DNA of 64,000 nt from an uncultured Ignavibacteria bacterium (GTDB lineage Bacteria; Zixibacteria; MSB-5A5; CAIYYT01): NCBI GenBank assembly GCA_964370935.1, contig CAYJKI010000010.1, positions 70,796 through 134,795 of the forward strand, written 5' to 3'. A model generated the notes under the pieces. It saw only the letters and a program-made list of their open reading frames with translations, had not been told where the DNA came from and did no database searches. The translations under genes and the position numbers were made by a program. How positions within the stretch are numbered: the first letter of the stretch is position 1; each line of letters opens with the position of its first letter. Shown here in pieces: positions 39,703-50,027 of the stretch.

Positions 39703-40646
39703 ATCATCCTCCAGAAATCCAACGTGTCGAGTAGAGTTTGCTCGATCTTATACTTGGGATTATATCCTAATTCCTTCTTCGACTTCGCGATGCTGCCGAT
39801 CAACAGCGGCACTTCAACCGGGCGAAGCAGTTCCTTTACTATCTTGATATCTATTTCGGCAATTGACAGATTAGTCAATAGCTTCAAATAATGGCGAATA
39901 CTGTCAGCTTTTCCGCTGGCGAGAATATAGGCCTCGCCAATTCTGCCCTTAGCAGCCGCCAAGCGGTAGCCATTGACAATGTCACGCACATCGCTAATGT
40001 CGCGCCGTGCCGATACGTTACCGACCTTGATTATCCCGGGCTTCCCTGACCGCTCGATTGTGGTAATCTGTGAGCAAAAATCTGGTATGACATAGCCGGT
40101 TGCCTGCCGAGGGCCGGTGTGATTAAACGCGCGAATCCGGACGATTGGTAGACCATATGCGCGGAAATATTGGTAGGAGAGGATGTCGGCGGCTGCCTTA
40201 GATGCGCCATACGGCGAGACGGGATGCAGCGGGTAATCAGGCGTTATTGGCATTTTGGATGGTGGCAGTGGTCCGAATATATCTGCGGATGACACGAAGA
40301 CGATTTTCTGAATAGTCTTCGTGTTACGCAATACTTCGTACAGGTTTTGAGTACCCATCAAATTGACGTTCATTGTATCAACTGGTGCCGAAAACGACTT
40401 TCCCACGGCGGCCAGTGCTGCAAGATGAAACACCCAGTGTGGCTTCGCGGTCTCGACCGCCCGTTTGAGCGCACGACCGTCACTAAGCGCTGCGGTTACC
40501 ACCGTGATATCTTTCTTGAAGTTTCCGATATTGTCGCGTCGCTCACCCTTTAAGGACGTCCCGAAAACTTCAATATTATGCTTAAGGAGGTTTTCGGCTA
40601 AGTGCGAACCGGCAAATCCGGTGATGCCGGTGATGAATGCTCTCAT
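39699..40646 (-). CDS. rmd: NAD-dependent epimerase/dehydratase, GDP-4-dehydro-6-deoxy-D-mannose reductase (Rmd)-like
   Basis: [17 protein letters not shown]-terminus. Y-x3-K (YGASK). FNHTGPRQ resembles Rmd and differs from Fcl. Directly downstream of gmd with a 4-nt overlap. Confidence 0.6.
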   Translation of the reverse strand: MRAFITGITGFAGSHLAENLLKHNIEVFGTSLKGERRDNIGNFKKDITVVTAALSDGRALKRAVETAKPHWVFHLAALAAVGKSFSAPVDTMNVNLMGTQNLYEVLRNTKTIQKIVFVSSADIFGPLPPSKMPITPDYPLHPVSPYGASKAAADILSYQYFRAYGLPIVRIRAFNHTGPRQATGYVIPDFCSQITTIERSGKPGIIKVGNVSARRDISDVRDIVNGYRLAAAKGRIGEAYILASGKADSIRHYLKLLTNLSIAEIDIKIVKELLRPVEVPLLIGSIAKSKKELGYNPKYKIEQTLLDTLDFWRMI

Positions 40647-41617
40647 AGGTTGTTTTTTTTCTTCAATACCGCCATATCCGAGTCAACCATCATTACGACC
40701 AGCTGTTTGAATGAGACCTTTGGCTCCCAACCGAGTTTCTTGCGCGCTTGTGTGGAATCGCCTAAGAGAATATCAACTTCAGCCGGACGTACAAAGCGTT
40801 GGTCGATCTTGACATACTGTTTATAGTCGAGATCGAGACGCGAGAAAGCAATATCAGCGAACTCTCTCACTGTGTGATTCTCGTTCGAAGAAATGACGAA
40901 ATTTTCCGGTTTGTCCTGCTGAAGCATCAACCACATGGCGACAACATAGTCTCCAGCAAATCCCCAGTCGCGTTTGGCATCCAAGTTACCCAGAAAAAGG
41001 GTACTCGCCAAACCGAGCTTAATTCGTGCGGCGCCGTCGGAAATCTTGCGGGTTACGAATTCCAGCCCTCGCCGCGGCGATTCGTGATTGAACAAGATGC
41101 CGGAGGAGGCGTGGATATCATACGATTCACGATAGTTGACGGTAATGAAATGGCCGTAGACTTTGGCAACGCCGTAGGGAGAACGCGGGTAAAAGGGCGT
41201 ATTCTCGGTTTGCGGTACCTGCTGGACTTTGCCGAACATTTCTGACGAGGAGGCCTGGTAGAATCTGATCTTTGTGTCAACCTTGCGGATGGCTTCAAGT
41301 AGTTTGGTGACACCAATAGCATCGAACTCTCCAGTCAACACCGGCTGGGTCCAGGAGGTTGGCACAAAAGACTGGGCAGCCAGATTGTAAACTTCATTCG
41401 GTCGAACATCTTCAATCATGTCGAGCAGCGAACCTTGATCATAAAGGTCAGCTTGAATCAGGCGTATCCGGTCCTTGATATGATTGATTCTCTCAAAATT
41501 TTCTGTCGACGACCGACGTACCATGCCGTAAACTTCGTAGCCCTTTTCCAAGAGCAATTCGGCGAGGTACGATCCGTCTTGACCGGTAACACCGGTAATT
41601 AATGCGCGCATCATCAT
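40643..41617 (-). CDS. gmd: GDP-mannose 4,6-dehydratase
   Basis: [25 protein letters not shown] is near-identical to the canonical Gmd N-terminus. 324 aa. Confidence 0.9.
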   Translation of the reverse strand: MMMRALITGVTGQDGSYLAELLLEKGYEVYGMVRRSSTENFERINHIKDRIRLIQADLYDQGSLLDMIEDVRPNEVYNLAAQSFVPTSWTQPVLTGEFDAIGVTKLLEAIRKVDTKIRFYQASSSEMFGKVQQVPQTENTPFYPRSPYGVAKVYGHFITVNYRESYDIHASSGILFNHESPRRGLEFVTRKISDGAARIKLGLASTLFLGNLDAKRDWGFAGDYVVAMWLMLQQDKPENFVISSNENHTVREFADIAFSRLDLDYKQYVKIDQRFVRPAEVDILLGDSTQARKKLGWEPKVSFKQLVVMMVDSDMAVLKKKNNL

Positions 41618-41743
41618 CTCCGCATTAGGGTTGGCTGGAATATATGACTGGCGGTTCTGAAGTCAAGCCTTGAGGCAGGACTCTTCCCGTTTGCAAGAAT
41701 GCGGCTTGTTTCCGCCCCATCCTCTCATTATATATACCCCCCT

Positions 41744-42124
41744 ATGATTGGGATAGATAAGAAGCTGTTGTATTATAAGTTGCCGCCTATTCTCTTTGCC
41801 GGCCTGATTCTGTTGCTTTCCTCGCTCCCGAATGCCCATGCCCCCTCCTTTGATATTCGCAATATCGATAAATTCTATCATGGTTTGGAGTACTTTGTGT
41901 TCGGATTGCTGATATTCAGGGCTTTCCCAGATCTCCATGTTTCTCACAGACGGGTTGTTCTCTATCTGCTGCTCTTTGCCTTCGGATTTGCTTATGCAGC
42001 TATTGACGAAACTGTACAGTGGTTTGTGCCGAATCGCGACTCGTCGGTCGGGGATTGGCTGGCGGACGTAATCGGCTACAGCATCGCTGGCTTGTCGATG
42101 ATTCTCTACCGAAGTCGCAAATAG
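41744..42124 (+). CDS. VanZ-like family membrane protein
   Basis: About 125 aa, 3-4 TM segments, conserved YHGLEYFVFGLL... region. Internal Met chosen as start. Confidence 0.55.
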   Translation: MIGIDKKLLYYKLPPILFAGLILLLSSLPNAHAPSFDIRNIDKFYHGLEYFVFGLLIFRAFPDLHVSHRRVVLYLLLFAFGFAYAAIDETVQWFVPNRDSSVGDWLADVIGYSIAGLSMILYRSRK

Positions 42125-42195
42125 CCTGACGCGGATTCGATCCTACAGTTAGATTGCGTTGACATTACCTGACCGATTTCTATCTTGAATGCGCT

Positions 42196-43452
42196 ATGAA
42201 ATACCAACGGATTAAAGGCACCTTCGATATTCTTCCCGACGAATCGGCGAAGTGGGTTTATCTCGAGGAAATCGTTCGCGATGCCATGCGACGCTTCAAT
42301 TACAGAGAAATCCGCCCGCCGGCATTCGAAATGACAGAGCTGTTTGCGCGCGGAATCGGTGAAGGCACGGATATCGTCTCAAAAGAGATGTTCAGTTTCA
42401 CCGACATGGGCGGGCGAAACCTCACTCTGCGCCCGGAAGCTACCGCTTCGGTGGTGCGGGCATTTATCGAGGAATCACTTGGCAAGAAATCACCACTCAA
42501 TAAGGTGTACTACGTGGGACCGATGTTCCGGCAGGAGAAACCGCAGAAGGGGCGCCAGCGACAGTTTCACCAGTTTGGAGCCGAGGCGATTGGTTCAAGT
42601 GATCCCAAGGTAGACGCCGAGATTATTGCCATCAGCGTCCAGATCTTAAGGGATTGCGGTGTAAGTCAATTCGAGGTTGCGATCAACTCGGTCGCAACAC
42701 CGGAGATTCGAGCTAAGCATCGTCTTGAACTGCTGAAATTCGTTCAGCCAAAGGCGGAGAAGTTTCCGACAGTCGATCGCGAAAAGATCGAGCGCAATCC
42801 ACTGCGATTGTTTGATAGCAAGGAGCAGCTTACTCGATCGCTCATGACAGATGCTCCGCTGTTGGAGCAATTTTACGACGATGATGTTCGGCGGGATTTT
42901 GGGCAGGTTATGATGAGCTTGGAAAAGCTCGATATCCCATACACTGTCGATCCTCGTCTGGTCAGGGGTCTGGATTACTATACTCGCACAGCTTTTGAAG
43001 TCCGATCAAATCTATTGGGCGCACAAGATGCGCTTTCCGGCGGCGGGCGTTATGATCTCCTGGTGCAGGAACTTGGCGGCGACCCTACGCCGGCAGTTGG
43101 ATTTGCCGCGGGGATGGAGCGGACGCTTCTTGCAATGGAGGCATCGGGCAACAAGGGTTTCACCGAGAAGCCGCTCGACATCTTTATCGTTGCTGTAAAT
43201 GCAGACGAGCGCGTCGAAGCTGCATCTCTGGCCGGCAGACTGCGCGATACCGGATTATCAGTCGATTTGGATTACCTGGACCGATCGCAGAAATCGCAAA
43301 TGAAGGAAGCTTCGAGACAGAACTCGCGATTTGCGATCTTCGTATTCTCTGATGACTTAAAGGATAAGCATTACACGATCAAGAACATGACAACGACTGA
43401 ACAGCAGAAACTGCCGTATGAGGGTATTCTGCGGGTGATACTGTCGATCTAG
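42196..43452 (+). CDS. hisS: Histidine--tRNA ligase
   Basis: Class II aaRS motifs. GTFDILPDE. HisA/HisB-like segments RPEATASVVRAF and YVGPMFRQEKPQKGRQRQFHQFGAE. GGGRYD. C-terminal anticodon-binding domain. Confidence 0.9.
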   Translation: MKYQRIKGTFDILPDESAKWVYLEEIVRDAMRRFNYREIRPPAFEMTELFARGIGEGTDIVSKEMFSFTDMGGRNLTLRPEATASVVRAFIEESLGKKSPLNKVYYVGPMFRQEKPQKGRQRQFHQFGAEAIGSSDPKVDAEIIAISVQILRDCGVSQFEVAINSVATPEIRAKHRLELLKFVQPKAEKFPTVDREKIERNPLRLFDSKEQLTRSLMTDAPLLEQFYDDDVRRDFGQVMMSLEKLDIPYTVDPRLVRGLDYYTRTAFEVRSNLLGAQDALSGGGRYDLLVQELGGDPTPAVGFAAGMERTLLAMEASGNKGFTEKPLDIFIVAVNADERVEAASLAGRLRDTGLSVDLDYLDRSQKSQMKEASRQNSRFAIFVFSDDLKDKHYTIKNMTTTEQQKLPYEGILRVILSI

Positions 43453-43479
43453 TTAGCGAACGAGGGCTTCAGAAGAACA

Positions 43480-43521
43480 TCGGTCCCTGCTCCTTGGCGA
43501 GAGCAGGGACCGTTTGATTTG
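43480..43521 (+). terminator. Rho-independent terminator after hisS
   Basis: Hairpin GGTCCCTGCTC-cttggcga-GAGCAGGGACC followed by GTTTGATTT. Confidence 0.7.
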
Positions 43522-43541
43522 CGGTTGTCCGGGTCTCGATC

Positions 43542-45722
43542 TCAGAATCTGAACGGACTTAGTTTAAACTCAAAACGCGGCGTGACGCTGGTGCTATTCC
43601 AATTCACTGTCGTAGCAATGCGTTCATAAGCGCAGTTTTCCTGCATATCACGCTCCAAGTAGTAATCCAAAAACGAATTCACTCGCGGTTGGACTTCCTG
43701 ATGGTCAATCTGGTAGCCAATGATTCGAGCACTTTCTGTCCATACATAATAATCGAGCCGAATATTGCTGACATCTATCCGGTGTTCCCACTGACGGTAA
43801 TTCAAGTCACGTCCGTACCGATAGTTGATCATCTGAAGGCTGCGCAACGAGTCTCCGAGCGGACTGAAGTGTGCCCTCACGTAAATGCTGTCATGATACG
43901 GCCATTCACCGTACTCCCAGGATCCGTTGATGGTAACAATATCGCCACTCCAAACCGGTTTGGGCGAAGTCGCATCTCCACTCCAATTATGAACGACGAA
44001 GGTAGTTGTCGGGTCATATGTGATCTCCGAACAAGTAATGGCATACGACATTGCGGCATCGAAGCGAAGAAAGAAATATACGCCAGACTTTAGTTTCTGC
44101 ATGACTGAATAGGCAACGGTAACGGTATCGCGTGCCGTAGTATCGGCGCGGGCGACGCATTCGACTCGGCACAGTCCGGCAAACCAGGATCCACCGATAA
44201 CGCGGACGTAGTTGTTTCGAATTTGGGATACCCATCCGGGACTAATTGACTCGCCGTATGGCAGCACTCGCCAATAGACAGAGGAGTCAAGTGTGCCAGT
44301 GACCTGTGCATAGACGAGGACCGTATCACCGATGTAGCGAAACAGGCTATCCTGGTCGAGCACTACGCGAATGGTTGCCGTTCGAAACGGGAAGGAATTT
44401 GTGCTTTCAGTACCGACGGTCACCACGACGCCACCCGATGTGTATCCGGTGGGGACTGTTGCTGTTATAACTGAATCGCTCCATGAGTTTACCGTTGCGG
44501 GAATTCCACCGAAATTGATTGTGCTCGTTGATTGCAGTGCGCCGAAGCCAACACCACGTACTGTGACAGCACTGCCCACTGTCGCCTCCGGTGGAGTAAT
44601 GGACGTAATTCGCAATGCATTCCACATCACAAGGTCGGAGTGTCCCTGATTCCAAATCGACACCCAGCGGTTGTCTTCCGGGTCCCAATAGGTATTGTCG
44701 ATGCGGGGCGCATGGTCCCGCCAATAAGAGAGTTCCATTGGGCTAAGTTCCGTAGTGTCGCAGAGATCGTGATAGAGGTGTTGAGCCCACATCGCGTTCC
44801 ACGATGTGTAAACAGACCAATCAAAGCCGACGCAGGCTCCAGCGCCGGCGACGTTAATCAGTGTGTCTTGCCAGTTGCCCAGCCAGCTGTAGCAGAATCC
44901 GAGGTAGACAAAGGTAGTATCATCGTGAAATGAGTTATTGTGTGCCACAAAGGAAGGGCTGACAAAATATCTATTTGCTGCGTTATACACGACGATCGGA
45001 ATTCGACCCGCCTTGATGTTGCTGAAGTACTTAGTAGTGGTCGCCGCGGTAGCGACTTCTCCAGTCATGAGGTACACTTCCTTGATATTGGCAGAATTGG
45101 GCCAAGCCATACCATGCGAGTAGATATGGACGACTCCGTATCCCGTGAGTGAGGCAAACTTCTCCACTGTGCATTGGTTGTTGGTAAAGACCTCGAAGTT
45201 TGAGTATCCAGTCTTGGCGAAACCGGCATTTGCCTGGGCGATCAAGGGATTTGCGTGGGCCTGGCGTTCAAAGTAATGCGGATTAAGAAAAATCGTCTTA
45301 TTGGAGACAGGGCGATGATTCGCATACGATGCTGAAGTCGGAGTTGTCGCGCTTCGCTTGGAAGTCGGCGCCGACGGGGCTGTTCCGCCTATGTCGAGCG
45401 GATCCAGTAACACACCGCCTCGCATTCCATTCTTATATTCGACAACCACGCCCTGTTCGTTCGCGACTGCGCTCAAGACGTTTGCCGTATCAGACTCGAA
45501 CAGCTTGACCAATGAATCCTTGACAGCTGTTGTATCCAGTAACGCAAACATTTCCTCCAAGTCGTTACCAAGGGACTCCTGAATTGTGAGGATGTTTTCG
45601 ATGCGTGCAAGCTCCTGCTGCTGATCATTATTGTTGTTATCCGAGCCTTTGTCCCCACCGGAACAGCTAATTATTGTGCATGTAAGTGAGGCGGTAAAGA
45701 GTGCGCAGAGAAGACGTTTCAC
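43542..45722 (-). CDS. Large lipoprotein with a putative clan-CD (C25/C11-like) cysteine peptidase domain and an IPT/TIG domain
   Basis: Lipobox LTCTIISC. Candidate catalytic His-Gly (VVHIYSHGMAW) and Cys (VYLGFCYSW) in hydrophobic-strand contexts (weak). Clear IPT/TIG-like segment ITSITPPEATVGSAVTVRGVGFG...INFGGIPATV...ITATVP. Confidence 0.45.
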   Translation of the reverse strand: MKRLLCALFTASLTCTIISCSGGDKGSDNNNNDQQQELARIENILTIQESLGNDLEEMFALLDTTAVKDSLVKLFESDTANVLSAVANEQGVVVEYKNGMRGGVLLDPLDIGGTAPSAPTSKRSATTPTSASYANHRPVSNKTIFLNPHYFERQAHANPLIAQANAGFAKTGYSNFEVFTNNQCTVEKFASLTGYGVVHIYSHGMAWPNSANIKEVYLMTGEVATAATTTKYFSNIKAGRIPIVVYNAANRYFVSPSFVAHNNSFHDDTTFVYLGFCYSWLGNWQDTLINVAGAGACVGFDWSVYTSWNAMWAQHLYHDLCDTTELSPMELSYWRDHAPRIDNTYWDPEDNRWVSIWNQGHSDLVMWNALRITSITPPEATVGSAVTVRGVGFGALQSTSTINFGGIPATVNSWSDSVITATVPTGYTSGGVVVTVGTESTNSFPFRTATIRVVLDQDSLFRYIGDTVLVYAQVTGTLDSSVYWRVLPYGESISPGWVSQIRNNYVRVIGGSWFAGLCRVECVARADTTARDTVTVAYSVMQKLKSGVYFFLRFDAAMSYAITCSEITYDPTTTFVVHNWSGDATSPKPVWSGDIVTINGSWEYGEWPYHDSIYVRAHFSPLGDSLRSLQMINYRYGRDLNYRQWEHRIDVSNIRLDYYVWTESARIIGYQIDHQEVQPRVNSFLDYYLERDMQENCAYERIATTVNWNSTSVTPRFEFKLSPFRF

Positions 45723-45920
45723 AGGTAACCTCCGAAGATGTGTAATCCGAATAATATATCGGCAACCCGGAGGTTAATAGCGATATTTGAGGAGATTTTT
45801 CTTACGAAAAAAGAAACTAAGGTCTACATTATGTTGGTGCAAAAGACATGTGAGAGATGTTGTTTCCCTTATGTCTTATGCTGCGGTGGTTGACTGCCAA
45901 TCAAGAGGTCAGATGAAAAC

Positions 45921-46811
45921 TCAGTTGCCGAATCCTTCCGAAGACTTGCGGATATTCTCGATCACCTCTCCATAGTACGGCTTCTCCTTGAGACTGGCAT
46001 AGGCGCCGGGGAAGAGGACAATCGTGATTTCCGCACCCATCTCGGAAAAGTTGTTCATGATGACAGAAAAGCGCTGACCATTGGGGAGACGCGTATTGTC
46101 AATCATCGGGAAGTCGTAAAAACCGGTGCTGAAAGATACATTTTTCGAAACAGGGTCGCCCTGTCCGTTTTGACTGCGAATCGTGACGTCGAGGCGCAAC
46201 TCTTTAGCCTCGCGATCGACATCGGTAACGTCAACAACCAGAGTTGTGGAAACGCTGTCGAGATCGAATTCTGCCGGCTCAAGTGCAACACCTTCGAATT
46301 CGCCTTCCAGATTCACCGCCCAGTCCTTTTTGACACCGACACCTTCGAGCACCACCATTTGCTTCTTGGTGATTTCCCTTGCGACCCTCTCGAGTCGGCG
46401 CTGGAACGCTTGATACCGCTCAATTGAATCGGGTCGTGCCTCGTGCTTCAGGCGCTCGGAAATGCTCTGTCTTAAATCGGTGAAGAGCGGCTTCAGATTG
46501 AGCGACTCATGGAAATTATAGGCTAGTAATTCCAGATTCAGAACTGCCGCTCCGATTGTTGATTCCTGCGGGCGCAGAAACGTTCCAATGATCGACACGA
46601 ACATGTCCTTGCGCAGAGCACTTTCGGACTGCTCGCGGTTGCTCATCAATTCTGAATAGAGCCGCGTATTGGCATCGAGCGATTGTTGGCGCTCAAGGTA
46701 CTGCGAGGTAAAGAAGCCAAGAAGCGTTATAGCAATGGCCGTGAACAGCCCGCCGAGGGGCTGTAAGATAATGGTGAGTTTATCCCAGAAATCGCGCTTC
46801 TTGTTCTCCAC
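45921..46811 (-). CDS. Hypothetical membrane-anchored protein
   Basis: Single N-terminal TM (LTIILQPLGGLFTAIAITLLGFF). No recognised domain. 4 nt downstream of the 46815 gene (operon). Confidence 0.4.
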   Translation of the reverse strand: MENKKRDFWDKLTIILQPLGGLFTAIAITLLGFFTSQYLERQQSLDANTRLYSELMSNREQSESALRKDMFVSIIGTFLRPQESTIGAAVLNLELLAYNFHESLNLKPLFTDLRQSISERLKHEARPDSIERYQAFQRRLERVAREITKKQMVVLEGVGVKKDWAVNLEGEFEGVALEPAEFDLDSVSTTLVVDVTDVDREAKELRLDVTIRSQNGQGDPVSKNVSFSTGFYDFPMIDNTRLPNGQRFSVIMNNFSEMGAEITIVLFPGAYASLKEKPYYGEVIENIRKSSEGFGN

Positions 46812-46814
46812 CGA

Positions 46815-47180
46815 CTACTTCCTCTTCAAGGCGTACTTGCCGTCCTTGTCCTTTTCCAAAACAAGGTCATAGCGTGTCGCATTGGCGTAGGAAAAGACCT
46901 CAAGGGTCGGTGCTTGCTTGTCAATGTGCACAGTCAGAATGCACTTGCCCTCTTCCTTGACATTCAGTCGGTAGGCACCGAACTTGTCGGCGGCGGAAGA
47001 GTCGACCACGACTGGCGTCGGAGTAGGTTTTCCGGCTTCGGCCGCCTTGAGCGGAGCAGATATCGTAATTTTGACGCCTTCGGCAACCGGCTTGTCGCCC
47101 GTTTTAATGTCGCCGAATATCCGTCCGGCCAAGAGCTGGGACAGCGGCAATAAAACTATCGCGAGTGTGATGATAAAACG
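46815..47180 (-). CDS. Hypothetical secreted protein
   Basis: Signal peptide MHRFIITLAIVLLPLSQLLAG (internal Met). Small beta-rich domain (about 120 aa). Confidence 0.4.
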   Translation of the reverse strand, partial: RFIITLAIVLLPLSQLLAGRIFGDIKTGDKPVAEGVKITISAPLKAAEAGKPTPTPVVVDSSAADKFGAYRLNVKEEGKCILTVHIDKQAPTLEVFSYANATRYDLVLEKDKDGKYALKRK

Positions 47181-47303
47181 ATGCATTTGTATCTCCTTCA
47201 CTTTTCCCCTATTAAACAATCGATGTTGACCATTGTATCCAAGGAAAATTTTGCGGCGGCACTGGGCTAATTGATCTGGTCGTATTTCACCCGGTTTGCA
47301 GTA

Positions 47304-47885
47304 CTAGTGCTTAAGCGACAAAAAATACTGCTGAAAACGTGTTGAGGCAGTCAACTCGGGGTGGCATGAGGTCGCGATTACATTGCCCTGGCGCACAATT
47401 ACCGTGTCATTTCGACAACTTCCCAGTCTCTCAACTTCAGCGCCGATATTCGTAATCTTGGGTGCTCGAATAAACACCATTTCCAGAGGTTCTGGTTCAG
47501 CGCCGAATGTAACTTGACCGACATCGATAAACGACTCGAATTGCCGGCCATAGCCGTTGCGCTCGATGGTCACGTCCAGGAGCAAGAGGGGCGTTATCAC
47601 CTTGTCGTTGACGACGTGAGTTGCCAGCAGAATCATTCCAGCGCAAGTTCCCCAGACCGGTCTTTTCGCTGCAAATCTCTTGATTGGTTCAACTAGTTGC
47701 GTCGACTTAACGAAGCGGTCAATGACGGAAGACTCACCACCGGGGATGATGAGATAGTCGCAGGCTTCAAGCTGGGTAGATGATTTTACCAATTGCGTCT
47801 CGCACTTGAGTTTGGCAAAAGCCTGCTGGTGCTTGGCGAAGTCCCCCTGAAATGCGAGTATTCCGACTATCGGCTTGGCGATCAT
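47304..47885 (-). CDS. pdxT: Pyridoxal 5'-phosphate synthase glutaminase subunit
   Basis: [21 protein letters not shown], catalytic C in [11 protein letters not shown] and the C-terminal H/E. 4-nt overlap with pdxS. Confidence 0.85.
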   Translation of the reverse strand: MIAKPIVGILAFQGDFAKHQQAFAKLKCETQLVKSSTQLEACDYLIIPGGESSVIDRFVKSTQLVEPIKRFAAKRPVWGTCAGMILLATHVVNDKVITPLLLLDVTIERNGYGRQFESFIDVGQVTFGAEPEPLEMVFIRAPKITNIGAEVERLGSCRNDTVIVRQGNVIATSCHPELTASTRFQQYFLSLKH

Positions 47886-48757
47886 CTGTACTGGAGCAAT
47901 TCTTCCTTGGGAAGTTTGCTGATCTCAAGTCCGGGCATCGCGTCGCCCAAAGCGCGGGACGCTTCAAGGACAATTGCCGGGTCGTCATAGTGTGTGGTTG
48001 CCGTCACAACAGCTCGCGCTAATCGTGCCGGATCGGACGACTTGAAGATACCCGAACCAACAAACACCGCCTGCGCTCCAAGCTTCATGCAAAGCACGGC
48101 ATCCGCCGGTGTGGCGATTCCGCCAGCCGCGAAGTTGGGAACGGTGAGATTTTGCAGATCGGCTGTCCTTTTGACCAGGTCGACCGGCACACGATATTCC
48201 TTGGCCATCTTCTTGAGTTTTTCTTTGTCCATCTTCTTGAGCGCGTGAATTTCGCCGTAAATCTGGCGCAAGTGGCGAACTGCTTCAACGATATTGCCGG
48301 AACCGGCTTCACCTTTGGTGCGAATCATCGCAGCACCTTCGTGGATGCGGCGGAGAGCCTCTCCGAGATTGCGGCATCCGCAAACAAACGGGATCTTGAA
48401 CGGGTGCTTGTCAATGTGGTGTTCTTCGTCAGCCGGTGTGAGAACTTCCGACTCGTCGATATAATCAACTTTGAGCTCCTGAAGTAATTCGGCTTCGGCA
48501 AAGTGACCAATGCGGCACTTGGCCATTACCGGAATTTGAACGGTTGCCTGAATTTCTTCGATTTTCTCAACAGGCGACATTCTGGCAACACCGCCAGCTT
48601 TGCGAATATCGGCGGGGACGCGTTCGAGAGCCATGACGGCGACGGCGCCGGCATCTTCGGCAATTTTTGCCTGCTCGGCGTTGGTGACATCCATGATGAC
48701 GCCGCCCTTGAGCATTTCTGCCAAGCCGACCTTCAACACATATTCTTTATTATCCAT
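47882..48757 (-). CDS. pdxS: Pyridoxal 5'-phosphate synthase lyase subunit
   Basis: [37 protein letters not shown] is near-canonical PdxS. 291 aa. Confidence 0.9.
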   Translation of the reverse strand: MDNKEYVLKVGLAEMLKGGVIMDVTNAEQAKIAEDAGAVAVMALERVPADIRKAGGVARMSPVEKIEEIQATVQIPVMAKCRIGHFAEAELLQELKVDYIDESEVLTPADEEHHIDKHPFKIPFVCGCRNLGEALRRIHEGAAMIRTKGEAGSGNIVEAVRHLRQIYGEIHALKKMDKEKLKKMAKEYRVPVDLVKRTADLQNLTVPNFAAGGIATPADAVLCMKLGAQAVFVGSGIFKSSDPARLARAVVTATTHYDDPAIVLEASRALGDAMPGLEISKLPKEELLQYR

Positions 48758-48887
48758 GATTCACACCTCGTATCAAAAATGCAACCGGCGTCTCAAAAGC
48801 CGCAAAGCTATCTTCGGTCAATAACTAACCGGACATAATCACCTTATATACGAGGATAAGTTGAAAAAGGCAAGCCGACTTAGACAA

Positions 48888-50027
48888 TTAGTGGATTGAC
48901 GTAGATAGCTGAATCGCGACCATTTCGTCGTCGAGTAGGGAGTAGTCGTTTGACCGTACGATCTGGGTTACTATTTTGAGAGTGACTGCTTCGTTGATCC
49001 TGTGCCCAACACCTAACTCAAAGCGATTCAATGGGTAATCCCAGTCTTGCTTGCCGACATCGCCGCCGAAATCGTGTTCAGAGAAACGGATCCCTTCGGC
49101 CCGGCCAGCCACATACCACTGTGGCGCGAGTTTATATCGAGCATCAACATAGGCGCTGTAGGCATCGAGGTTGTTGTATACCGGATGTTCCCAGTGAGCA
49201 ACGAAGGCTTCGCTAAATATCTCCAGAATTCCATAATCGTAATGGACTCCGATGCCACCGCCAAGGTTGTGATACTCTTCGGCATCCTTTTGTTGGAAGG
49301 GAGTATAAAAATCCGATACATCGGAAAGGTAAGGTCCGGCGAATCCAGAAAATTGCAGACTAAACACCGGTGATATGTAGAGCCCCAGCCTGGTCGTCAT
49401 TTGCGGCAGGTCCTTTTCACGTTGAGTCCTCGGCGCCGAGATAGATCCGCTCAATGCACCGATTGACCAATCAACCATGCCGATAGCGCCAAAGACCTCA
49501 ATGCCGGTATTCCAGCACGGATCATACATCATAGGAAGCCCGTAATGCTTAAAGCCCTTGCCACGCGAGTCAAGGAGCTCTTGATTGTCATTCTGATCTG
49601 CGCCCGGACTCAACGCTGTATGATAGAGGTACATCAAAGGCGAGCCGATAAGCGGATTTTTGTCCGAATACGTTCGCGGTCCCCAAAGCCCCACCGGATT
49701 TGGAATCAGTCCGGCATGAATATTTATGTCGCGTCCGCCGACCTTTGAAAGTCGAACATAGGCACCGTAAAGCTGGAATGAGGAGTTATTAACCAATACC
49801 TGGGTAAACACGCTCACCTTTTCCGTCGGCTGTGCGTCGAAGAAGATTCGCGCGCGGACGAAATCAAAGTTAGAGAAGTTCTTAAATGTCTTGTTACTGC
49901 CATCACCGGCGGAATTATTGCGGACCACCAGATCGAGTTGACCGCTAACTTGGTACTGTGCTGAAGCCATTGCCGTTGTTGCCAGGATCACCAGACACGC
50001 AGCGTTTATGGAACGTCCGATTTTCAT
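48888..50027 (-). CDS. Hypothetical secreted (possibly outer-membrane) protein
   Basis: Signal peptide. Beta-rich, aromatic-rich composition. 4-nt overlap with the upstream histidine kinase. Confidence 0.4.
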   Translation of the reverse strand: MKIGRSINAACLVILATTAMASAQYQVSGQLDLVVRNNSAGDGSNKTFKNFSNFDFVRARIFFDAQPTEKVSVFTQVLVNNSSFQLYGAYVRLSKVGGRDINIHAGLIPNPVGLWGPRTYSDKNPLIGSPLMYLYHTALSPGADQNDNQELLDSRGKGFKHYGLPMMYDPCWNTGIEVFGAIGMVDWSIGALSGSISAPRTQREKDLPQMTTRLGLYISPVFSLQFSGFAGPYLSDVSDFYTPFQQKDAEEYHNLGGGIGVHYDYGILEIFSEAFVAHWEHPVYNNLDAYSAYVDARYKLAPQWYVAGRAEGIRFSEHDFGGDVGKQDWDYPLNRFELGVGHRINEAVTLKIVTQIVRSNDYSLLDDEMVAIQLSTSIH

